A stretch of DNA of 64,000 nucleotides, from positions 48,173-112,172 of the IMG/VR virus record IMGVR_UViG_3300044878_000031; one strand, 5' to 3'. The translations under genes were made by a program, and so were the position numbers. Of this stretch, positions 56,683 through 64,000 are shown piece after piece. Below the pieces are notes generated by a model. It was given only the letters and a program-made list of their open reading frames with translations. It was not told the origin of the DNA and did no database searches. Positions within the stretch are counted from its first letter, which is position 1, and the number at the start of each line of letters is the position of its first letter. This DNA is from a virus.

Positions 56683-57492
56683 ATGCAAATCTCTCTCGAA
56701 CAACAGGCTAGTGTCCTGTCGATGGAAGCGTTCAACCTGCGCGCTTCTCTGTCGGCACTGACCAAGGTCTTCCCGCAATACGCTCGTGGTATCAGTGACA
56801 CCATCACTTCGTACCTAGCTAACGACCAGATGACTATCCCGTTGGTACGAGCGCAGTTCAAAACCAAGAACGGTCTGAAGGTCGATTACTCGGCTCACCG
56901 TAAAACTACTATCTTCGGTCCTCAGGGTCTGAAGGTTACGTACCTCGAGTACCTGAAGGCGATTGCAGAGTCTGTAGACCTCGCCAAGAACGTTTACGAT
57001 GGCCAGTTGATCCCATTCAACAATTGGGTCGGCGGCCTCTTGGGTAGCCCTGAGCAGCTTTCCAGCATCGCTGTCAAAGACGTGCTGAAGTTCGGTGAAG
57101 ACGATCTGGACAAAGCCCGTGCCAAACTGGAGAAGTGCGTTAACCGTGCCAACTCCCAAACCAAGCACGAGTACGGCAAGCTGGTTAAGCAGAACTCTGA
57201 CTGGGACGAGATCCTCAATCAGACCAACTCCTTGATCGTCTCCTTCCAGATGACCAACCGCACCAAGCTGTTGAACGAAGTGGAGATCCTCAACGATCAA
57301 CTGCTGCGTCTGGCTGAGCGCATCAAAGAAGACCCGGACACCTACAAGGCTTCCGGTGTGACCATCGCTGAGCTGGCTAAACGCTGCTTGGTAGTGGCTC
57401 GTTGCGTGGAGTTCTACTCGATCACTGGCTACCTGTTGACCGAGTTGTCCAACACTGTACAAGAGTCCTTCAACGCGATGGAACGCTTGTAA
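56683..57492 (+). CDS. virion head protein (phiKZ gp153-like)
   Basis: N-terminal SLE/SME sites; P.GL...Y..Y; divergent from uvsX. Confidence 0.75.
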   Translation: MQISLEQQASVLSMEAFNLRASLSALTKVFPQYARGISDTITSYLANDQMTIPLVRAQFKTKNGLKVDYSAHRKTTIFGPQGLKVTYLEYLKAIAESVDLAKNVYDGQLIPFNNWVGGLLGSPEQLSSIAVKDVLKFGEDDLDKARAKLEKCVNRANSQTKHEYGKLVKQNSDWDEILNQTNSLIVSFQMTNRTKLLNEVEILNDQLLRLAERIKEDPDTYKASGVTIAELAKRCLVVARCVEFYSITGYLLTELSNTVQESFNAMERL

Positions 57493-57493
57493 G

Positions 57494-57546
57494 CGTCATA
57501 AAGACTGACTACCCGGCTAAGGCTAGGTAGTCAGTCTGTTATGCTG
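57494..57546. terminator. bidirectional hairpin/TATG element
   Basis: CGTCATAA-AGACTGACTACC/GGTAGTCAGTCT-GTTATGCTG. Confidence 0.75.
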
Positions 57547-57552
57547 GCGATT

Positions 57553-57960
57553 TTATACCAACCCCAGTTTTGCCGTTTGCATGACAGTCCGTGCGTCTTC
57601 CAACATTTTCTCGGTGTCGGAGTATTGCAACCATGACGGCATTGCTGTAACCACCTTCAACGAGCACGCTTCGAGCGAACCGTTTGCGACAGTCTGATCC
57701 AAGTCACAATCACCCCAGATACGTTTGGAGAACAGGACAGGGATCTCCAGAGCTTCCGTACAAGAAGCCAAAGACATCTTCTCATTCAGAGCCTCTAGCT
57801 CTTTCAGTTCGTTGTGAGAGAGGTGCTTAAGGCCTGCAAAGAGACTAACTACGAAGAGCAGTCTCTTCCCATACCGTGGCAACCCCACTCGTAAAAGGCG
57901 AGTTAGCAAACGCTTGTTAGCGCCAGCCACTACCTTCGTAAGGGAGGTAATAGGGTTCAT
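57553..57960 (-). CDS. conserved hypothetical protein
   Basis: 135-aa ORF after RNase H. Confidence 0.7.
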   Translation of the reverse strand: MNPITSLTKVVAGANKRLLTRLLRVGLPRYGKRLLFVVSLFAGLKHLSHNELKELEALNEKMSLASCTEALEIPVLFSKRIWGDCDLDQTVANGSLEACSLKVVTAMPSWLQYSDTEKMLEDARTVMQTAKLGLV

Positions 57961-57974
57961 AGGACGTTCTCAAT

Positions 57975-59522
57975 TCAACTGGTCAGGAGACAGATGTTGG
58001 AATAAATACCAGCCCAAATACCAATGTCATCATCCGTTTTGATGATGGTAGCGTAACGGAATGCCGTGTCGCTCTCACGCCATGTGATCAGAAACACTTT
58101 CGGATTCAACGGTGCCAATGCAGACAACGTGTTGCGGTTGGCAATGTCAATCCCGAGAGTGATCGGCAGTTTGAACTGGCCCGATTTCACACCTGTGTGG
58201 TAGTCTGCTTCAATCTCCAGCCGCTTCGTCATGCTGTTGATCGCGGGGAGGAGTTTGGTTACAGGCTTCTTCTTCGTGGTATTTACCTCATAGAGTAGAC
58301 CTGTAATGTCTTTCTGAAGGAAGGTCTGACCTATAGGAACACAGATCGCCTTATCACTAATGAAGTCATTCAGCATGTTCTCCATTACAGTCATCGACTG
58401 CATGACACGGAAAGCAATGCGTGGTGGCTTCAAGTCCTTGGTGAGCAGCAGATCACCGTGTGTGAACAGATCCATTTTACCCCAGTTGTTACACTGGAGG
58501 AATTGATCCCCGTACTTTTCCAAATCAGTGTAGGTCTTACCACCGAGGATGTTGTTCAGGCTGCCGAGCACCAGACTATTGAAACCACCAGTGTCCAGAG
58601 AATCCTGATACTTCGTCAACATCTCCATTACCGGATTGCGTTCCTTGAGGAATAGCACCGAGAACGAGGCATCACTGATCTTCTTGCCACAGAAGTCACT
58701 TTCAGAACCGTGGTCACCGAGGTAGTAGATCACCCGACCATCTGGAGCAATCTGAGTCCCGCCCACATTGGTATTGAAGTACCAGTACGGATGAGAGATC
58801 ATGCGGTTGTAATCCGCTTTGACGGTCCAGTAACCTTTAGCTTCGGCCCACTCGACTTCACGCACCTTCAACTGTTTACGTCCAGCCACAATCGCAGCAG
58901 ACGCCAAACCGTCGACGATGTCATTACCTACATCACCACTGTGTCCACGTACCCAACGGGTATTGATCACAGTCCCACGACCCACCAGAATCTCTTCCGC
59001 AGCCAAGACCTTTTGCCACAGGGCAGAGTTTGCTACTGGCGAGGTGTCCGGTTTCACCCAGTTGTTGCGCTGCCACTTCTGTGCCCAGTTCAACAACCCG
59101 TTCAGGGCATACTTGCTGTCTACCACCAACAGGACAGAGGCTACCTTTTGTTCGATCGCCGCAGTAAGGGCTTCGAGCAGTGCAGTAACTTCGGCTTCGT
59201 TATTGGTGGATTCAGGGATCAGCGAACCATACCCCGAGACATAACGTAAGGGCTGTACACCGACGATTTTGTCATCGGTATAACGTTCAACTTCTGGATC
59301 ACGGTCCGCTGAACGATAGTCTCGGAAATACATATCCGCCCCACCATCTTCGGCTTTGATATAACCGAAGTTGGAAACCAGAGCAGGTGCACCAGTTCCT
59401 TGTTTGGCTTTCTCGGTCGTATAGACATAGCCGTGGATTGCCCAACCACCAATGCCCCGAGACGGTCTGCAACCACCATCGGTATAGATGACGGCGTGTA
59501 CCGTTTGCTCTGTGTTACTCAT
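57975..59522 (-). CDS. RNase HI with C-terminal extension (phiKZ gp155-like)
   Basis: YTDGGC, TNNEAE, DSKY, WVRGHSG..GND..D. Confidence 0.92.
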   Translation of the reverse strand: MSNTEQTVHAVIYTDGGCRPSRGIGGWAIHGYVYTTEKAKQGTGAPALVSNFGYIKAEDGGADMYFRDYRSADRDPEVERYTDDKIVGVQPLRYVSGYGSLIPESTNNEAEVTALLEALTAAIEQKVASVLLVVDSKYALNGLLNWAQKWQRNNWVKPDTSPVANSALWQKVLAAEEILVGRGTVINTRWVRGHSGDVGNDIVDGLASAAIVAGRKQLKVREVEWAEAKGYWTVKADYNRMISHPYWYFNTNVGGTQIAPDGRVIYYLGDHGSESDFCGKKISDASFSVLFLKERNPVMEMLTKYQDSLDTGGFNSLVLGSLNNILGGKTYTDLEKYGDQFLQCNNWGKMDLFTHGDLLLTKDLKPPRIAFRVMQSMTVMENMLNDFISDKAICVPIGQTFLQKDITGLLYEVNTTKKKPVTKLLPAINSMTKRLEIEADYHTGVKSGQFKLPITLGIDIANRNTLSALAPLNPKVFLITWRESDTAFRYATIIKTDDDIGIWAGIYSNICLLTS

Positions 59523-59576
59523 CGAAGATACCTAAAAGATGGCTTTACTCAAGAGATTACTGCTGAGAATAATCTC

Positions 59577-60002
59577 TTACTTCTTCTTGCCGTTACGAGT
59601 TCTCTCGTATTCTAAACTGATCTGGAGGTCAGTCACACGCTGTTCCAACGAAGCGAGGTTAGCCTTCGAGGTAGCGAGATCGACTTCCAACTGATGACCA
59701 TTGTCTCGAGACTCGTCAAACTTTCCAACCAGTACCGCGTGATCAGTGATCAGTTGTTGATACTTGCTGGTGGTCTCACGAGACTCACGTAACAGACGAT
59801 CGTAAAGGCGTGCGTATTCCTGTGAGTTCTGTGCGTTGCCGATAGTTAACAACAGCAACACCAGGGATGCACACAACAGGGTCACAATACTTTTGTTGCT
59901 GCGAACAGCGTCTTGGAAATCTTTGTTCTTGAAAAAGATCTCCTTGAGGAATGGCCACAACTTCAAAAGAAACTTGAATAAAAGAACAGTGTTTCCGATC
60001 AT
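59577..60002 (-). CDS. membrane-anchored coiled-coil protein
   Basis: TM segment followed by long heptad repeat; GGAG RBS. Confidence 0.7.
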   Translation of the reverse strand: MIGNTVLLFKFLLKLWPFLKEIFFKNKDFQDAVRSNKSIVTLLCASLVLLLLTIGNAQNSQEYARLYDRLLRESRETTSKYQQLITDHAVLVGKFDESRDNGHQLEVDLATSKANLASLEQRVTDLQISLEYERTRNGKKK

Positions 60003-60080
60003 CTGGGTCTTGCTCCGTTCAAACCCCAAGAATGGTATAGGTAATTCATTTACTTACACCCTCCCCACGTAGAGGTCTCT

Positions 60081-61406
60081 ATGTATAATCTCAAAGGGTT
60101 TATGGTCTTTGCGCCATTAGCCGACAACGCAGTCAACGTTATTGCACCCTTAGGGGAGCTGTCGACTCATTGTGCCACGTTCTCGAGAGAGACGGGGCAA
60201 TATATCAGCACTGATTACAAGGATTCTAAACTCATTAGTTTCCTGAGTCAAGATGTTGCGACTAACGGTACTAAGACCTTATTAAAAGTTCCTGCTGCAC
60301 ACCAAGCCGCAGCGTTGAACTTAGGTCAATGGATTTACGCCAAAGCCATCGCCAGTGAAATTCGTGATGATCGTCCTGCCTTCGAAGCCGCACTGACCAG
60401 TCAGTTCGGTACTCTGATGCAAGACCTGGCTTGTGGTGAACTGGTTACAGACGGTGTCCGTTGGATGCCTGAGTGGATCAGCTATAAGCTGGTAGGTCAG
60501 CCTGACAACCGTGTGCGTATCTGGTTCGCCGACGATTCGTTCCGCCGTCAATACGACGAATACGAACTTGCCTTCGTTGCCCCCATCGCGATCCTGGATG
60601 ACTTCTTCCGTGACCCTAACGAAGTTAAGGCTCTGGTTGAAGCGTACACCCTGAGTGCTGCCCTAGAGAAAGGCGACACTGTTAAAGGGCGTAAACCTGA
60701 AACGGTGATGATCAACAAGATCTACAAGTACTTCGCACAGAAGGCGCCGTTCATCTCGCTCGACACCAACTGGCTGATCATTGTTTGGGGACCTGCCGGG
60801 AATAACCCGGACATCATCAAGCAAGAACTGGCCAAGTGGATTCTGGCTAACTCACAACATACCGAAGAAGAATGGATGGACATCTTTCCAGACATCTTCA
60901 CTTCGACTGAGTTCATTGCCACCCCATTCTGGGACAACATTGCCATCGAGCAAAAGGCAATCCTGACCGGTGTGTATTCGCCAACGATGTTGCTGACTGA
61001 CATCCGTTCCAAGTCCTTGAAAACCATCAAGGGTAAGAACTACACCACAGCTCACATTGACCAGAACTTGGTAGTCTCCAGCTTCCAGTACTCGTCTATC
61101 TGCGCTTCGATCTGCGGTGGTCCTTACAACCGTGGCGGTGTGAAACGTTTCGACGAACAATGGCCGAAGTACATCAACGTTTCGACTGGTTCGCCTGATG
61201 CTAACCGGATGGATCTGGCTACGCAGAACTGGCTGGACTTCTTCGTTCGTATGTTGATGGTAGCCGAGAACGCCACACTGTACTCCGACATCCCGATTGG
61301 CATGTCTCGAGTGACTCGTAACGGGATCGTCTACATTGCTTCGACCTTCGAAGACATTCTGTATCTGGTCGTGACCAAGTACACGATGATGGACGTCAAC
61401 ATCTGA
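60081..61406 (+). CDS. virion structural protein (phiKZ gp157-like)
   Basis: MY.LKGF, GELST, WFAD.SF..QYDEYE; synteny. Confidence 0.75.
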   Translation: MYNLKGFMVFAPLADNAVNVIAPLGELSTHCATFSRETGQYISTDYKDSKLISFLSQDVATNGTKTLLKVPAAHQAAALNLGQWIYAKAIASEIRDDRPAFEAALTSQFGTLMQDLACGELVTDGVRWMPEWISYKLVGQPDNRVRIWFADDSFRRQYDEYELAFVAPIAILDDFFRDPNEVKALVEAYTLSAALEKGDTVKGRKPETVMINKIYKYFAQKAPFISLDTNWLIIVWGPAGNNPDIIKQELAKWILANSQHTEEEWMDIFPDIFTSTEFIATPFWDNIAIEQKAILTGVYSPTMLLTDIRSKSLKTIKGKNYTTAHIDQNLVVSSFQYSSICASICGGPYNRGGVKRFDEQWPKYINVSTGSPDANRMDLATQNWLDFFVRMLMVAENATLYSDIPIGMSRVTRNGIVYIASTFEDILYLVVTKYTMMDVNI

Positions 61407-61414
61407 GGTGAGTC

Positions 61415-62026
61415 ATGGCAGGGATTACTCCTCCGTTACTGACCCGTGGTCGGTACACTCTCGTACAGCCGTTTGTAGCACTACCCACTGTGCTGTATAC
61501 CTGTGCGGCAGTTCGTACCCTCCTTGAGTGTCAGGTGGCTGGTGAAGACATTCTTAATGAGGTCTACACCAAAGCTGGACTGGTCAAGGCTGATTACGAT
61601 CGGGACTTCAAAGCTGGGACTAAGATCGTTACGTTGTTGGCTGATGACGCCACTCCGATCTACGTACCGGACTCTTACATTGAATCGTACCCCATGTACG
61701 ACCAACGTAAGTACACCCACACGATCCTGTCGATTGACTTAGGGGCTCTCCCAGACTTCTTGAACCTGGCTAACCTGCAACTGGAAATCTCTGCTCTCAC
61801 GTCAGACGTGGTGGGTAAGGAATCGAAGGTCACAGTACACCGGGCTGCATCGTCTGGACTGATTACTCCTGAGCAACACGAGGTCGCTGAGGTGGCACGT
61901 TTGGCAGCTATCACTCGCCGTACGACGTACCGTGCGGAAGTGTTGAAACTCCAGCGTGAGAAGACCGCACTGATCGAGCAAAACCAAGTGCTGATGGATC
62001 TGTTAAAAGCCAACGGCATAATGTGA
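61415..62026 (+). CDS. conserved hypothetical (probably virion) protein
   Basis: GAGGT RBS; YVPDSYI.SYP, DLGALP; C-terminal coiled coil. Confidence 0.75.
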   Translation: MAGITPPLLTRGRYTLVQPFVALPTVLYTCAAVRTLLECQVAGEDILNEVYTKAGLVKADYDRDFKAGTKIVTLLADDATPIYVPDSYIESYPMYDQRKYTHTILSIDLGALPDFLNLANLQLEISALTSDVVGKESKVTVHRAASSGLITPEQHEVAEVARLAAITRRTTYRAEVLKLQREKTALIEQNQVLMDLLKANGIM

Positions 62027-62066
62027 CAGCATAGAGAGGGACCTTCGGGCCCCTCTCTTTATGCCG
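62027..62066. terminator. bidirectional hairpin/TATGCCG element
   Basis: CAGCATA-GAGAGGG.CC-TTCG-GG.CCCTCTC-TTTATGCCG. Confidence 0.75.
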
Positions 62067-62069
62067 GTT

Positions 62070-62576
62070 TCAATCGAAGCGGAAGATCGTGATCCAACGA
62101 CTGTAAGCGTATTCTTGTGCAAACAGTATTTCGTGCAACCGTAACGGAAACACTGAACCAATCGCCAGAGTTAGATTTCGAGTGAGGAACTTCTCGATCT
62201 CTTTCCGACGAGCTTCTCGACGGTTGTTCTGGATGGGGAACAACTGCAAGATGCAATAGATAGCAATCGTGGTTTGATCGTCAAAGTCACGAGCGCTAAA
62301 GTCACTCCAGCTTAGCAACAGGAAGTTGTGCGCTTGGACGAGCTGTTGCTCCATGGTCGCAGGGTTGGAGAATAACTCACGAACCCCGGCTTCAGTAAAC
62401 AACAACACCAGCGCGTTAGCCAAGCCGGTCATGTTTAACGGTTCAGTCGTCGCAGCGTTAGCCGCAAACTCCAATTCCCGATACGGTGCAAACAGATCTG
62501 CCATCACACGAGTAGTAGAAGCGTGACGTCGAGTCAACACTTCTCGATTCCGCTTCACGTATTCGAAAGTACTCAT
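62070..62576 (-). CDS. hypothetical protein
   Basis: ATGA overlap with upstream gene; GGGAG RBS. Confidence 0.65.
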   Translation of the reverse strand: MSTFEYVKRNREVLTRRHASTTRVMADLFAPYRELEFAANAATTEPLNMTGLANALVLLFTEAGVRELFSNPATMEQQLVQAHNFLLLSWSDFSARDFDDQTTIAIYCILQLFPIQNNRREARRKEIEKFLTRNLTLAIGSVFPLRLHEILFAQEYAYSRWITIFRFD

Positions 62577-62944
62577 GAGACGGTAATCTCCCAACGAAGA
62601 TCCTGGGCTTCCCAACGGGAGAACCATCCCAGTCGATTGACTTCAAGGTCTGCACCTCCAAAGTCAAACGCTGCAACAGCACTCCCGAGTTGACCTCTGA
62701 ACAGACAGACTGCTAAGCGATCCCATTCGTCCACGGTGCACGGTAGTACTTTGATGCCTCGCAGTGGCGTCGGGGAGAAGCAATAGTTATACGCCTCCAA
62801 GATGTCACAGTCAGGCAGGGCACAAACAACCCCGTTACGTTTCGGTAAGTAAAAGATCGGCTCACCACTAATCAGATCTTGTTGATCCAACTTGAAGTCA
62901 CCCACACCAATTACTACACCTGTCGAATGTAGATCACTCATCAT
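62573..62944 (-). CDS. hypothetical protein
   Basis: AGGA RBS, 123 aa. Confidence 0.65.
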   Translation of the reverse strand: MMSDLHSTGVVIGVGDFKLDQQDLISGEPIFYLPKRNGVVCALPDCDILEAYNYCFSPTPLRGIKVLPCTVDEWDRLAVCLFRGQLGSAVAAFDFGGADLEVNRLGWFSRWEAQDLRWEITVS

Positions 62945-62956
62945 TACGCTGTCCTA

Positions 62957-63673
62957 TCAAACGTCGTTGGAACCCGGTTCTTCTTCTTCATCAGATCCGT
63001 CCCCGGAATCGTCATCGTCGGAGTCGGTATCGTTATCGGAGCTGTCGTCGTCGGAGGACTCTTCTTCTTCCTCTTCGGTATCCGTACTATCGCCACCGTC
63101 TCCGCCGTCACCACCGGATTGGTCATCGGAACCATCGCCATCACCGGCGCTGGAATCGTCAGAGCTGCTATCGTCAGAAGTGTCGCCAGCTTCATCGCCA
63201 GCGGCCGCGTTGTTGCTCGAGTTGTCGTCATAGCCGGAATTACCGTCGCTGTTGCCACCCTCACCACCCTGACCTTCAGGGATACCGTTGGAGGCTTCGT
63301 TAACGCCCTCAGGACGTGGATTTTTGTCCTCGTCATTGAGAATCAATTGGCCGCCTTGCATGGCCGCTTCCATGTGCTTGATGATCATGTTCTTCGCTTC
63401 GCCCACAGCTACCGGATCACCGATACCAGCCAGCGGGATACCACGGTCACGCAGCAGTTCAACAGCCGCCAGGATCTCGTTGATCTCCTTGATGGCTTTG
63501 AGTACGAGTGGTTGACCGGTTGGGTCTTCCTCACCGTCTTCAGTGGAAACGGCAGGGGAAGCGACAGGTTCGTCGACAGCCTTAGGTCCCATAGCGGCCA
63601 GTTGGGCAAAAACGGCTACGAGTTCACCGGCTTCCTGAGCGCCCTTTACGAACAGACTTTGAATGAGGTTCAT
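62957..63673 (-). CDS. protein with long acidic D/S/G/E disordered tail
   Basis: Start moved to MNLIQ (AAGG RBS); STE site; ~90-aa low-complexity acidic C-terminus. Confidence 0.7.
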   Translation of the reverse strand: MNLIQSLFVKGAQEAGELVAVFAQLAAMGPKAVDEPVASPAVSTEDGEEDPTGQPLVLKAIKEINEILAAVELLRDRGIPLAGIGDPVAVGEAKNMIIKHMEAAMQGGQLILNDEDKNPRPEGVNEASNGIPEGQGGEGGNSDGNSGYDDNSSNNAAAGDEAGDTSDDSSSDDSSAGDGDGSDDQSGGDGGDGGDSTDTEEEEEESSDDDSSDNDTDSDDDDSGDGSDEEEEPGSNDV

Positions 63674-63800
63674 CAGAGAACTACCTTTACAGTTGGTTAC
63701 TTGAGTACCGCACCGCCCATCGTGGGTGGCGTTGAGCGGCGTTGACGCTCCTTTCACCATATACGTGAAGGGGGAGTTATCAAACCATACGGGACTCTTT

Positions 63801-64000
63801 TCACTCAATTGTAACGTGTTGGTTGTACTTCATCGGGACAGAGATGTTGCTCGAATCCATCACCATAACCTCAGCCTGAGTGAAAGCACCGTGGCTAGAA
63901 GCGTAGTGAGAGATCATGAACACCTGACTGAACCCCTTGGTTTCCACCAAGTCTTTTACGAAGTTCATCACAGCCAACTTGTGAGCCTCATCGAAGAAGT
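63801..64000 (-). CDS. sbcC: SbcC/Rad50-like ATPase, C-terminal fragment
   Basis: FDEAHK (D-loop region) and QVFMISH (H-switch); runs off window. Confidence 0.8.
   Translation of the reverse strand, partial: FFDEAHKLAVMNFVKDLVETKGFSQVFMISHYASSHGAFTQAEVMVMDSSNISVPMKYNQHVTIE

Noticed and set aside
3470-57462. Long antisense ORFs (3470..4318, 12488..14011, 14358..15989, 19694..21673, 28977..30506, 55148..56395 and others)
   Set aside because: Shadow frames of codon-biased genes on the opposite strand
2122-62066. CGGCATA...TATGCCG elements as MITEs or CRISPR repeats
   Set aside because: Dispersed, with unrelated stems, no target duplications or spacers, and located at gene ends
62944-63336. 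Thr-rich 130-aa ORF and Ser-rich ORF 62892..63233
   Set aside because: Alternate frames of the acidic low-complexity tail

Overview
This 64 kb window is from a phiKZ-like, nucleus-forming jumbo phage (Chimalliviridae-type). It encodes PhuZ tubulin, terminase, baseplate/sheath/tube genes, prohead protease, four split virion RNA polymerase subunits, a 2444-aa tape measure protein, UvsX, RNase HI and the 3' end of SbcC, with early accessory operons behind TATATTAC promoters. phiKZ gp numbers below come from recalled synteny and motifs, not from database searches. The most unusual part is the first ~2.8 kb. A minus-strand RNA operon (1-880) holds one normal tRNA-Tyr, two CCA-ended tRNA-like RNAs (130 and 139 nt) whose anticodon or central region is replaced by a large folded insert, and three more structured RNAs. 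A separate ~580-nt, probably pseudoknotted RNA lies at ~2165-2742. Other signals: about 16 hairpin+TATGCCG terminator-like elements; a 10-bp ATCTATTGAG motif upstream of the RNA operon, phuZ and uvsX; a duplicated early promoter cassette driving paralogous genes; a shared C-terminal PPSARW peptide; a ParB-like/GNAT fusion; and a DUF5675-like domain on the tape measure. All structures were folded by eye and need computational and experimental confirmation.
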